Of a stretch of 64,000 nucleotides of DNA, positions 36,510 through 45,894 are shown one piece after another. The DNA is taken from the IMG/VR virus record IMGVR_UViG_3300046809_000507, positions 4,910 to 68,909 of that record; one strand, given 5' to 3'. Positions within the stretch are counted from its first letter, which is position 1. Each line of letters begins with the position of its first letter. Position numbers and translations under genes: made by a program. The DNA comes from a virus. Below the pieces are notes generated by a model that searched no databases, was not told the DNA's origin, and worked only from the letters and a program-made list of their open reading frames with translations.

Positions 36510-36880
36510 CTGGGGGAGCGGCTGGGGAGTGAGGCTCCTCGGGGAGTGCCCGGGGAGCCTCGGAAAGCCTAGTCGGGTCAACTCGGCACCACTGAGGTCT
36601 ACTCAGTACCACCAGTTCAGAGGGGTAGTGGCGACCCGACAGGTCAAAGGCCGAGGACCGGCACTCCGTTATATAGGTTCATCGCCAACTGATATGCCAT
36701 CCCGCCCACCAGGCCCGGCAAGGCCACCGGCACCTCGGCCTCAGACGTTCGCGTCAACGGATTCTTGCAGCTCAAGTGCCGTATCCAGCACCTCAGGTTG
36801 CCATAGCTCACCGGCCTGACGGGGGAGCAGGCCACCGCCCGAAACCCCTGAAACAGACACCTGGGGAGCGGCTGGGGAGG
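36510..36880. other. attP-like region with integrase arm-type repeats
   Basis: GGGGAG-N5-GGGGAG pairs at 36513, 36541 and 36863 (first and last identical over 17 bp) flanking an AT-rich stretch at about 36665-36697. Confidence 0.7.
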
Positions 36881-38159
36881 ATGGCGCGGGATCATCCGTC
36901 CTCGCGAACCAGGCGTCCAGAGCCTGCCGGCCACGGCCGTCCGCCTCGGGCATGAAGTGCCCGTACACCCGCAGCGTGATCGAAGCGTCAGCATGACCAA
37001 GCCACTTCGAGACTGCCACGGGATTCTCCCGCGAGTCCAGCTGCACGCTCGCATACGTGTGGCGCAGCGAGTGGAAGCCCATCTCGTGCGTAGGCCCGTA
37101 CACGAGGCGGGTACCCACACCAGAACTCCGGGGGACGCGCTTCGGCTTCGGAATCACCCCGGCCTCGGCCAACGCCCACTTCCAATGATCCTCGTTCCAC
37201 ATGTTCGCCCGGACGGCATTGCCATTCCTGTTAACGACCAACAGTCTGTGCGTCTGCGGCGCCCGCTCCTTCGCCTCCACCTTGCTCGTCGGCGGCCGAG
37301 GATCCTTCCAGGGGAGCGTCACAGGCTTTGCCGGGAAGCGGTCCAGGTGCTGCGCCAGGCGCTGCGCGAGATGGTCCGGCATCGGGACGGTGCGCGTCTT
37401 GTTCCCCTTCGGGAGCGAGAACACGAGCTTCCCTTCGATGCTGCGGATCTGGCGCCGCACGTGGATGAAGCCGCCCTCCACGTCGATGTCGTCCTCCGAC
37501 AGGGCGAGCACCTCCCCCTGCCGCAGTCCCGCCCCTGCCCCGATGTCGACGAGCACGCGGTAGTACTCGGGCAGTTGGGCCTGCACGGCGAGAACCCGGC
37601 TCCTGGTCCACGCGCGGGCCTTCGAGCGGGGCGCGGACGGCGGCTTGAGAGTGGGCGCCCGGCACGGGTTCTTGGAGATGCGCTCGTCGTCGACGGCGCA
37701 CTCCAGGATGTTGTTGAGGTACCCCCACGCGACGACTGCGGTCCCCGGCGCGACCTCCCCCTCCAACTGCTTGAGCCAGACGCGCAGCGAGTCCACCTTG
37801 ATGAGCCTGAGCGGGGTGCTCCCGAGGTGGGGGAGGATCTGGCCGCGGATCCGGTGCCCTACGGTCTGCAGGGTTGCGGGGTCACCGGTTTTGGACGGCC
37901 ACCAGTGCTGGTCCACGTAGTCCCGCAGCAGCATGTTGCCGTCGCGCGGGTCGATGAACTCGCCCCTGTTGCTGTCGGAGATGGCCTTCGCGAGCCACGC
38001 GTTGGCGGCTTCCTTCTGCTTGTCGGGGAACGACCGGGCGCGCACTCCGGGGATGCCGGCGACCTTGTAGCGCTGGCCTTTGCCGTATCGCTCGGTACGG
38101 ATGGTCCGCTTGCCGTCCGGCGCCTTCTTGAGCCAGCGGTCTTCGATGTACCCAGCCAT
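36741..38159 (-). CDS. int: Tyrosine integrase
   Basis: GLRQGE, PKG, FHSLRHTYAS, WLGH, VYGH. Confidence 0.95.
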   Translation of the reverse strand: MAGYIEDRWLKKAPDGKRTIRTERYGKGQRYKVAGIPGVRARSFPDKQKEAANAWLAKAISDSNRGEFIDPRDGNMLLRDYVDQHWWPSKTGDPATLQTVGHRIRGQILPHLGSTPLRLIKVDSLRVWLKQLEGEVAPGTAVVAWGYLNNILECAVDDERISKNPCRAPTLKPPSAPRSKARAWTRSRVLAVQAQLPEYYRVLVDIGAGAGLRQGEVLALSEDDIDVEGGFIHVRRQIRSIEGKLVFSLPKGNKTRTVPMPDHLAQRLAQHLDRFPAKPVTLPWKDPRPPTSKVEAKERAPQTHRLLVVNRNGNAVRANMWNEDHWKWALAEAGVIPKPKRVPRSSGVGTRLVYGPTHEMGFHSLRHTYASVQLDSRENPVAVSKWLGHADASITLRVYGHFMPEADGRGRQALDAWFARTDDPAPSSPAAPQVSVSGVSGGGLLPRQAGELWQPEVLDTALELQESVDANV

Positions 38160-38181
38160 GTTGCCCCCTCAGCCCTCGCGG

Positions 38182-38628
38182 TCAGGCCGCCATGGAGTCG
38201 GGAGGAGAATCCATGGTGACGATCTCTCCGTGCCACAGCTGGAACCACTGTCCCCCGGCCAGGAACTCCTCGATGGAGGTATTGAGGAGCGGCGCGATTT
38301 TGTCGATCGTCGCGGTAGGGGAGACGTACAGGACGACGCGCCCCTTGTGCTCGCGGATGTCGATGTACGGCGCCGGCTGGAACGGAGAGACCTCGAAGAC
38401 AACGCAGATCGGGTTCTCGGGGTGATCGGCGGAGACGATCTCGCCGTCCCACAGCTGGTACCACTGGGCGTTCTTCACGAAGTCGCGCAGGGTCTCGTTG
38501 AGTGAGGGGAGGAACTGCTTGGCCCTGGTCCCCTTGGCTACGCGGATTTCGACGAGTCCGCGGCTTTCGCGCCAGTCGGACATCTTCCCGGGCTTGAGGT
38601 TGGCGGCTTGGTACACAACACGCAGCAT
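38182..38628 (-). CDS. Hypothetical protein built from two tandem copies of an about 72-aa domain
   Basis: QWYQLWDGEIVS and QWFQLWHGEIVT. Confidence 0.75.
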   Translation of the reverse strand: MLRVVYQAANLKPGKMSDWRESRGLVEIRVAKGTRAKQFLPSLNETLRDFVKNAQWYQLWDGEIVSADHPENPICVVFEVSPFQPAPYIDIREHKGRVVLYVSPTATIDKIAPLLNTSIEEFLAGGQWFQLWHGEIVTMDSPPDSMAA

Positions 38629-38785
38629 GGCGCCCTCCCGTTGTGGCGGTGCGCCAGTGACGCAACGGCCACCAGTGCACGGTTGTGGAAGGGTACGACC
38701 TGTTAGCGGATGGCCACAATCTGTTGTAAGAAATGTCTACTTAGGAACTTTCCGATCAGGCGCCATGCTGGTACCCGTGACCGTG

Positions 38786-39214
38786 CTAGTCCTCGCGCCG
38801 CGACCGCTCGTCCGCCTCGATCATGGCGAGCCAGCGCCTGCGCTGCTGCTCGGTCATTGCGCCGACGTGCCCGAGGATGATGCGCGCGGTGCCGCCGTAG
38901 CCGGCCAGTTCCGTGGCCCGGTAGTCGAGCCACTGCTCGGCTGCGGCCTCTTTGATGCGCAGCTCCGACTTGCCGAGCGCGGCTGCGATGGCGCCGATCT
39001 GGGTCGGGTTGGGGGCTGCGGCCGGCGGGTTCCTGACGAGCTTCTGGAAGTACTGCCAGGAGATCTTCGTGCCGGTCTTGGGGTCGATCGCGGCTTTGCC
39101 GAGGTCTCGAAGACTCTTGCCGCCGTCGAGGGCGTCCTGGATGAGCTGGGAGAGCGGGCCAACGGGGGATGGCTCGGCCGCGCTGGAGTCCGGCGCGGGG
39201 GACGCTGCCGTCAT
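38786..39214 (-). CDS. Immunity repressor (XRE-like HTH)
   Basis: Divergent from a Cro-like gene; SLRDL...IAAALG...AAAEQWL. Confidence 0.75.
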   Translation of the reverse strand: MTAASPAPDSSAAEPSPVGPLSQLIQDALDGGKSLRDLGKAAIDPKTGTKISWQYFQKLVRNPPAAAPNPTQIGAIAAALGKSELRIKEAAAEQWLDYRATELAGYGGTARIILGHVGAMTEQQRRRWLAMIEADERSRRED

Positions 39215-39314
39215 GTCCTGGTCGTCCTCTCGGTTCACTCTTCCACCGGCTGTATCTAGGAGGCGTGGGGTGCGCTGGAAAAGTAGCAGGTCACTGCGTA
39301 CAACCATCCTCGTT

Positions 39315-39425
39315 TGTAGACGGATCGTCCACAGGTCGATGCTACTTGGCCGGAACTCTTACCAACACTCGGGGTTGGGTGACCCAATCTGTAGACACAG
39401 CGACGCGGTTGGTGGTCTACTTAGG
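39315..39425. promoter_or_regulatory. Candidate lysis-lysogeny operators
   Basis: TGTAGAC-N5-GTCCACA at 39315; GTAGAC at 39391; GTCTACTTAGG at 39415, repeated at 38735. Confidence 0.55.
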
Positions 39426-39460
39426 TCAAGCCGAAGCCAGTCCGCACCACTGGAGATCCA

Positions 39461-39742
39461 TTGAGCCGACCGCGCTACACGCTCAAATCCGCCGAAATGT
39501 TCAGATGGTTCATGCAGAACCCCTGGACCGGTATCCCCTTCAGGGTTCGCACCTTGGCGGAAGCCGTGAACGTCAGCCCCGGCTTGATTCAGAAGCTCGC
39601 CAGCGGCGCCCAGGACAACGTCGACGTACTCGTCGCCCACGACCTCGTGAGGGCGTTCGGGTGCAGCATCCTCAACCTTTTCGCGCCCCCAGTGACGCCA
39701 AACTGCGTCACTTCGACTACGAATGACGATCAAAAGGAGTGA
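39461..39742 (+). CDS. Cro-like HTH protein
   Basis: VRTLAEAVNVSPGLIQKLASG. Confidence 0.75.
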   Translation: MSRPRYTLKSAEMFRWFMQNPWTGIPFRVRTLAEAVNVSPGLIQKLASGAQDNVDVLVAHDLVRAFGCSILNLFAPPVTPNCVTSTTNDDQKE

Positions 39743-40032
39743 CCGTGCCCCGCAACCCCCCGCAGTTCACGCAAGCGGCCCCACCCGGCCACGTCTACAT
39801 CGACGAGGCGTCCCGCCTCTCCGGTCGAACCATCGAGACCCTCTACAAGGACCGGAAGATCCAGCGCCGCACTGGCAGTTGCAACGGCCCCCGGTCCAAG
39901 ACGATCAACCGCAAGGCCGTCTGGAGCGTCGCCGAGATCGACGCGTGGCTTGACGCGCAGATCGGCCCCGGCCCCGACGAGCAGATGCTCCACAGCTCCC
40001 GGCCGTCCGAGCCGGCCCGCGCCGCCGCCTAG
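39739..40032 (+). CDS. Excisionase/AlpA-like HTH protein
   Basis: EASRLSGRTIETLY...GP...EIDAWL. Confidence 0.72.
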   Translation: MTVPRNPPQFTQAAPPGHVYIDEASRLSGRTIETLYKDRKIQRRTGSCNGPRSKTINRKAVWSVAEIDAWLDAQIGPGPDEQMLHSSRPSEPARAAA

Positions 40033-40121
40033 AGCGGCAAAGAGGCCGCCCCGTAACCGCCAAGCCCGGGACGACCTCGATCGCGAACAACCCTCACGTC
40101 CTGACGAAAGGAGGGAGCCGC

Positions 40122-40928
40122 GTGGCTCCCATGTTCCCAGACCAGCCGAACGAGCTGGTGCTGACCGAGTCCCGGACACTCCGGGACGCGCACGCCGAAC
40201 GAACCGATGTCCTCGACCGCGTCAAAATGCTTCGGACGCTGGACGCCACTCACGTCACCGTCGAGGTGGCCGCAAGCTACTTCGGCACCGAAGTCGACGC
40301 GATCAAGTGGCACGTCAGGAACAACCGAGACGAGCTGCACGCCGACGGCATGCGGGTGCTCTCCGGTCCGGACCTCGCCATCTTCCGTGCGGAGCTTGCG
40401 GGGGAGTCGGACTCCCTCACAAACATCTCGTCCAAGGCGCGCTCGCTGATCCTGTTGCCCCGCCGTGCGGTGCTCCGGTTGGCGATGCTGCTGCGGGACT
40501 CCGAGACCGCAAAGCAGATCCGCACCCACCTGCTGGATGTCGAGCAGACCTATCACGCTGAGTTCTCCGCCTGGCAGGAGGCGCGTACCCGAGCCGCTGG
40601 CCGCGGTCTGGGTGAGCCGATCACGTGGACGCTCGATGAGGCAGTCGCAGTGATCCGGCAGAGGTACGGCATCGACTGGACGGCGGTTTCGTTCGCCCGG
40701 TTGCTGCGGCAGGCCGGCGTTCTGAAGCAGACCACCGCTCCGAAGAAGCCGTTCACGGATCTCTTCTGGTTCACGGGCTCGGCGTGGGAGGTCCACCCGC
40801 ACGCACTGCCGGTGCTGGCGCGACGGGCGAACGCTGAGGCGGAGGAAGTGCGCGGCGCTCAGGGATTCCAGACGCATCTTTCGATCGAGGGCGCGTTCCG
40901 CGAGCTTCCCGAGGGCGGTGCGGCATGA
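40122..40928 (+). CDS. Antirepressor-like DNA-binding protein
   Basis: RRAVLRLAMLLRDSETAKQIRTHLLD; KilAC-like C-terminus. Confidence 0.65.
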   Translation: MAPMFPDQPNELVLTESRTLRDAHAERTDVLDRVKMLRTLDATHVTVEVAASYFGTEVDAIKWHVRNNRDELHADGMRVLSGPDLAIFRAELAGESDSLTNISSKARSLILLPRRAVLRLAMLLRDSETAKQIRTHLLDVEQTYHAEFSAWQEARTRAAGRGLGEPITWTLDEAVAVIRQRYGIDWTAVSFARLLRQAGVLKQTTAPKKPFTDLFWFTGSAWEVHPHALPVLARRANAEAEEVRGAQGFQTHLSIEGAFRELPEGGAA

Positions 40929-42109
40929 CGAAGATCGAGTGGACCGACGAGGTCTGGAACCCGACGACCGGATGCGACCGCATCAGCCCCGGATGCGACA
41001 ACTGCTACGCGCTGGGCATGGCCAAAAGGCTCAAGGCCATGGGGCAGACGAAGTACCAGACCGACGGGGACCCGCGCACCTCGGGACCGGGCTTCGGAAT
41101 CGCCACCCACGAGGAGGCGCTCACTGAGCCGCTGCGTTGGAAGAAGCCGCGCCGCGTCTTCGTGAACAGCATGAGCGACCTGTTCCACGCTCGCGTCCCC
41201 CGTGAGTTCCTGGCTCGCGTCTTCGCGGTGATGGCGGCAACGCCTCAGCACACGTACCAGATCCTGACGAAGCGCCCGGAGCGAGCTGCCCGCATCCTCA
41301 ACGAGCGCTGCAAGTGCGGGCATCCGAACGGTGAGCACTTCCGGGCATCGATGGAGTGGGCCGCGACTTCGCACAGCCCGACTTACGTCCCGGGTCTGGA
41401 GCACGGCATCTACCACCGCGCCGGCTGGCCGCTGCCGAACGTGTGGATCGGTACGAGCGTCGAGAATCAGAAGTACGCCGACCTCCGCATCCCTGCCTTG
41501 GTGAACGTCCCGGCCGCGGTCCGCTTCCTGTCCTGTGAGCCGCTCCTCGGCCCGGTCTGGATCGACGACTACGTCTGGCAGGCCTGCCCGTGCTGTGAGG
41601 GCGAAGGGCATGACGAGGCGTGCTTCCGCTGTGCTGACCGGCGCTGCGAGAACGGCCACATTCGCAAGCTGGACTGGGTGATCGTCGGAGGCGAGTCCGG
41701 TCACCGGGCACGGGCAATGCACCCGGACTGGGCCACCAGTCTCCGCGACCAGTGCAAACAGAACCACGTGCCGTTCTTCTTCAAGCAGTGGGGCGAGTGG
41801 GGACCCGCGCCGTTCCAGGTCCGCGTCTGCGACCCCGACACCGGCTGGCAAGGCACCGACGAGGAGCTGGCCGCCGCGAAGGCCAGCAGCGAGGCCTGCG
41901 GAGCCACTCACGTCCACACCGGCAACTGGTTCGAGGAAGACGGCGAGCGCCGGTACTGGCTACACGAGATCGGGCACAAACCCTGGTCGCTGGAGCGATG
42001 CGCCCTGCCGGACGGGACCGCCGCCATCCGCCGCTGGGGCAAGGGGCGAGCCGGCCGCGAACTCGACGGGCGCACCTGGGACGAGTTCCCGAAGGCGGTG
42101 GCGTCATGA
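40925..42109 (+). CDS. DUF5131 (phage Gp37/Gp68) radical-SAM-like protein
   Basis: IEWTD.WNPTTGC...GCDNCYA, FVNSMSDLFH, GGESG, FFFKQWG. Confidence 0.93.
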   Translation: MTKIEWTDEVWNPTTGCDRISPGCDNCYALGMAKRLKAMGQTKYQTDGDPRTSGPGFGIATHEEALTEPLRWKKPRRVFVNSMSDLFHARVPREFLARVFAVMAATPQHTYQILTKRPERAARILNERCKCGHPNGEHFRASMEWAATSHSPTYVPGLEHGIYHRAGWPLPNVWIGTSVENQKYADLRIPALVNVPAAVRFLSCEPLLGPVWIDDYVWQACPCCEGEGHDEACFRCADRRCENGHIRKLDWVIVGGESGHRARAMHPDWATSLRDQCKQNHVPFFFKQWGEWGPAPFQVRVCDPDTGWQGTDEELAAAKASSEACGATHVHTGNWFEEDGERRYWLHEIGHKPWSLERCALPDGTAAIRRWGKGRAGRELDGRTWDEFPKAVAS

Positions 42110-42492
42110 CGAGCACGATGGAATGGATCCGTCGCACCTACGACGTGCCGGCCCGACACCGGATGCGCATCGAGTACGACGGCAAGCCCGCCACGATCGT
42201 CGGCGCCAGCAACGGTGGCCTTGTCCTTCGGGTCGAAGGCGAGCGCTTCAAGGTCTACACGCACCCCTGCTACCGCATCGTCTACCCGGCCGTCCCCGAG
42301 CCCGTCCGCCCGCGCGGCTGGTGCAAGCACTGCGGCAAGGACCGGGCCATGACCGCGCGCAGGGTCATGGGCGCCCACGCATGGCGCTTCCGCGGGGGAT
42401 CCGAGCTGTGCCCCGGCAGTTACAACCCGCCGTGGAAGCCCGTCCGCAACCAGACCCACCCGGGCGAGCAGCGACCGGAGGCGACCTCATGA
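42106..42492 (+). CDS. Hypothetical protein with zinc finger
   Basis: ATGA overlap; CKHC...H...CPGS. Confidence 0.65.
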   Translation: MTSTMEWIRRTYDVPARHRMRIEYDGKPATIVGASNGGLVLRVEGERFKVYTHPCYRIVYPAVPEPVRPRGWCKHCGKDRAMTARRVMGAHAWRFRGGSELCPGSYNPPWKPVRNQTHPGEQRPEATS

Positions 42493-43058
42493 CCGCCTAC
42501 GACGAGAAGCTCGCTGCCGCGATCACCAAGGCCGGCGTCCCGCTGTCGGCCGACCTAGTGGCGCCGGAGGCCGAGCTGCGAGCCGAGGTCGAGCGGCTTC
42601 GCACCGAACTGGACGCGCACAAGGAGCACCTCGCCTTCCTGGAGCGTTCCACGCTGCCGGAGCTGCGCCGAACGATCCAGCACCACGAGGACGGCAAGAA
42701 GCGCTGGCGCGACCGCGCCGTGAAGGCCGAGGGCGAGCGTGCCAGGTTCAAGCTCGCCTGGGCGTCGGCCCGCTTCCGGGCTGAGGCGCATGGCGAGGGG
42801 ATCCTCCGTGTCGTCAAGGACCGCGAGGCGTACCAGGGCTGGCTGAAGCAGGCCGAACAGAACTACCAGGCGTACCGCGTAGGAGCCGAGGGCGCGAAGC
42901 AGCTCCTCACCAACCGCATCAGCGCCGTGCTGGACATCTGCGACCGCGAGCAGCGGAACGCGATGCGCTGGGAGAACCCCATCCCTGTCCCCGACTGGGT
43001 CGCGCCGGTCCAGCGCGCCGCGCTTGGTGACGACAAGCGGACCGAGGCGGCGTCATGA
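42489..43058 (+). CDS. Coiled-coil hypothetical protein
   Basis: Overlap-coupled in the early operon. Confidence 0.65.
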   Translation: MTAYDEKLAAAITKAGVPLSADLVAPEAELRAEVERLRTELDAHKEHLAFLERSTLPELRRTIQHHEDGKKRWRDRAVKAEGERARFKLAWASARFRAEAHGEGILRVVKDREAYQGWLKQAEQNYQAYRVGAEGAKQLLTNRISAVLDICDREQRNAMRWENPIPVPDWVAPVQRAALGDDKRTEAAS

Positions 43059-43327
43059 CCTTCACCCCGAAGCGTTTCCAGTCCCCGCCGCCGCACATCA
43101 CCAGCGCGGACGTGCCGCTGTCGACGCTCCGCGACCGGATGGCCGCCCTGGTCGAACGGCAGAAGAAGGCCGCGGCAGCCGAGAGTCTGCGACTCCTCCT
43201 CGCCGAGCAGCCCCACCAGCCGGCCAACGCCGGGGAGCTCGCCGAGCAACGCCACTGGCTGCACGACGCCGACCCCGACTCAACCGAGCCGCCCCTCCCG
43301 TACCCGACCACGCAGGAGATGTCGTGA
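43055..43327 (+). CDS. Hypothetical protein
   Basis: Overlap-coupled; AEQRH motif. Confidence 0.6.
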   Translation: MTFTPKRFQSPPPHITSADVPLSTLRDRMAALVERQKKAAAAESLRLLLAEQPHQPANAGELAEQRHWLHDADPDSTEPPLPYPTTQEMS

Positions 43328-43545
43328 CGCAGCCCCGCCTGTCCCAGGCCTCGATGAGCCTCGGCAACGAGCCCGACCTGGTCACCTTCGAGGTCTACGA
43401 CGGCCACTCCATCATCGGCCTCGGCACCGCGCTCGCCATCAACCTGGACGGCTCCGACGAGGCCACCCTCGCCAAGCTCGTCGAGGTCGCCCAGCAGGCC
43501 CTGTCCATCGCGCGGCTGGAGAACAGTCTGGCGGCCGTCTCATGA
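43324..43545 (+). CDS. Hypothetical protein
   Basis: GTGA overlap, RBS aggag. Confidence 0.6.
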   Translation: MTQPRLSQASMSLGNEPDLVTFEVYDGHSIIGLGTALAINLDGSDEATLAKLVEVAQQALSIARLENSLAAVS

Positions 43546-43784
43546 CCATCCTCCTCGACGGCACGGAGATCGACCTCGACCGCGTACAGGCCGCACTGGA
43601 CGGGTCCCGCTGGCTGTGGACGTGCGAGCACACCGAGTCCGGTGACCCGCTCATGCTCCGCGTCGACGAGGCCGGCGCCGGGATTGTGCCGCTGCCGGAC
43701 GTGTACGCCGCCCACGGGCCGCTCGTGCCGGTGCCGCAGCCGACGACCGCCGCCATGTACCGGCAAGTCCTGGAGGCGGCGTGA
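43542..43784 (+). CDS. Small Streptomyces-phage protein
   Basis: IDLDR...LPDVYAAHGPL. Confidence 0.65.
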   Translation: MTILLDGTEIDLDRVQAALDGSRWLWTCEHTESGDPLMLRVDEAGAGIVPLPDVYAAHGPLVPVPQPTTAAMYRQVLEAA

Positions 43785-44032
43785 GCGGCGCCGAGCTTCG
43801 CCAGGAGGGCCTCCTCGTCGGCCGGACCGACACGGACTACGAGGCCGACGAGCGGCGCCGGGCCGCGGTCCGGATCGCCGACCAGATCGCCGCCGAGCAC
43901 CCGGACCCGCGTGACGACTTGATGCCGAAGCTCGTCGGCCGGGAGCTCGCCAAAGACCCGGAGATCGCGGCCGGAGTCCTCGAACTCCTCGACCAGCTCG
44001 GCCTCCGGAAACAACCGAGGAGGGGCAAGTGA
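43781..44032 (+). CDS. Hypothetical protein
   Basis: Overlap-coupled. Confidence 0.6.
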   Translation: MSGAELRQEGLLVGRTDTDYEADERRRAAVRIADQIAAEHPDPRDDLMPKLVGRELAKDPEIAAGVLELLDQLGLRKQPRRGK

Positions 44033-44189
44033 CCGCCCCGCTCCCGTCGCCCCGGATGTCGCCGATCGCGGGCTTCACCAACGCCCTCTACCGCCTGTAC
44101 ATCCGCACAGCCTCCGCCGTCATCACCGAACGGCAGGCCGAACTCGCCGCCCTCATCGACCAGCAGCAGCGCCTGAAAGGAGGCCAGTT

Positions 44190-44660
44190 GTGAGCCTCAC
44201 CCACACGACCCGCGGCAAGCACACCGCCGCCCACCGCATCGCCCAACTGCAAGCCCAGCTCGACCAGGCCGACGCCGACAACCGGGCGCTGATCGCAGCG
44301 AACGAAGACCTCACCTGCGACCTGACCCGGGCCATCATCCGGGCCTGCCAGGACGAGATGCGGATCGCGGTCGCCGAAGAGGAGAACGGCCGGCTGAAGG
44401 CCCGCGTGCGGAAGCTCAGCGACCGGGTGATCCGCGGAGCCGCCGAGCAGGAGCGTCTGCGCCGCGCGGTCGTCAACGCCCGGCCGCGCATCACCGAGAC
44501 CGTTCAGCGACTCGACCGGCCCTACGTCTCACACGTGCAGATCCCGTACCCGGTGCCCGTCGGCCGGTCCATGGCGAACGACGCAACGCAGCAGCTGCCG
44601 ATCCTCGACCAGCCGCAGCCGGCCGTCTGGCCCGTGTACGCGATGCCCGCCGCCCCCTGA
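44190..44660 (+). CDS. Coiled-coil hypothetical protein
   Basis: RBS ggagg. Confidence 0.65.
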   Translation: MSLTHTTRGKHTAAHRIAQLQAQLDQADADNRALIAANEDLTCDLTRAIIRACQDEMRIAVAEEENGRLKARVRKLSDRVIRGAAEQERLRRAVVNARPRITETVQRLDRPYVSHVQIPYPVPVGRSMANDATQQLPILDQPQPAVWPVYAMPAAP

Positions 44661-44769
44661 TCGTCCGGCCGGGCGGTGCCCCGTCCCGCCCGGCCGGCGC
44701 CCAACGCAAGAACCCCGAGCGCTTGAGACGCCCGGGGATCCGACACCAGCATCCCATAGGAGATCAGCC

Positions 44770-45414
44770 GTGATCAGCATCGCCAACCTCACGCTCAGCC
44801 GACTCGTCAACCAGGCCAAGCCCCACATGGGCGACCGCAACGACGTCGAAACCCTGCAGTCCATCACCTTCGACCACGACGGCAGCTACCTGTACGCCAT
44901 GGCCACCAACCGGTTCACCCTCGGCGTCTCCCGCACCCAGCTCCTGAAGGCCGAAGACGAGCCGTGGAGTGCAGTCATCCACCGCACCCAGGTCCAGGAA
45001 CTCGCCGCCGCCATCAAGCTGCTGGACACCAAGCCGGTCAACCTGGAGCGCACCGAGACCCAGCTGATCCTGTCCGGTGAGTCCGGCAGCCGTATCGCGA
45101 TCAACCTGCTGCAGCCCAAGCAGGGGCCGCTGAACTGGCGCAAGTACCTGCTGCCCCAGCTCGACAAGGCCGCCGCCACTGCGCAGATGGCGATGACCCC
45201 GAAGTTCTTCGGCGCCTGGAAGGAACTGCCGGGCCCGGTGCAGATGTGGTCGGTCGGCGAGCACCAGCCGACGATCATCGTCGCCGCCGACTTCATCGGA
45301 ATGCAGATGCCGATCCGCACCAGCGACAGCCACGACCTCACCGTCCGTCGCGAGCTGGACGCCTGGAAGGCCACCAAGGTCGACGAGGCCTCCGTCGAGC
45401 CGGCCGCCGCCTGA
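44770..45414 (+). CDS. Sliding-clamp-domain-like phage protein
   Basis: LYAMATNRFTL...FIGMQMPIR, resembling beta-clamp motifs. Confidence 0.55.
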   Translation: MISIANLTLSRLVNQAKPHMGDRNDVETLQSITFDHDGSYLYAMATNRFTLGVSRTQLLKAEDEPWSAVIHRTQVQELAAAIKLLDTKPVNLERTETQLILSGESGSRIAINLLQPKQGPLNWRKYLLPQLDKAAATAQMAMTPKFFGAWKELPGPVQMWSVGEHQPTIIVAADFIGMQMPIRTSDSHDLTVRRELDAWKATKVDEASVEPAAA

Positions 45415-45536
45415 CCAACCCCCATACGCGGCGTCGAGCGCTTCCCCCAAGCCGCTCCGCCGCAGCCGAGGCCTCCGCCCCGACACCCCCCTGACGGGGC
45501 GGAGGCCCGGCACCCCACACCTATTTGGAGCACCTC

Positions 45537-45776
45537 ATGTATCTCACCCGCACCTTCGGTCGCTGGCAGTTGGAACTGCACCAGCGGGCGATCCACCTGA
45601 CCCGACAGCCGAAGCCCGACCCGCGTTGCGGTGCCTGTTACGGGCGCGGCGGCCACGGCTGGGTGACCGCATCCGGCGACCCGGACTGGGAGGACTGCCA
45701 CTGCCTCGACCAACTCCGCACCTGGCGGCTCCCCCTCTGGCCCGGACGCACAACCACCGAGGAGTACCCCTTCTGA
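45537..45776 (+). CDS. Small zinc-finger protein
   Basis: CGACYGRGG...CHC. Confidence 0.6.
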   Translation: MYLTRTFGRWQLELHQRAIHLTRQPKPDPRCGACYGRGGHGWVTASGDPDWEDCHCLDQLRTWRLPLWPGRTTTEEYPF

Positions 45777-45894
45777 TGACCAGCAACCAGCAGCCGCTGC
45801 GCTGCACACGCTGCGGCGACGAGGACGGCCCGTTCGTCCCCGAGGCCGGACTGTGCGAGGACTGCGAACGCCTCGTCCCCGGGGACGGTGCCGC

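Noticed and set aside
36600-36740. tRNA fragment at the att core
   Set aside because: No T-arm (GTTCGAA) or acceptor-stem pattern visible
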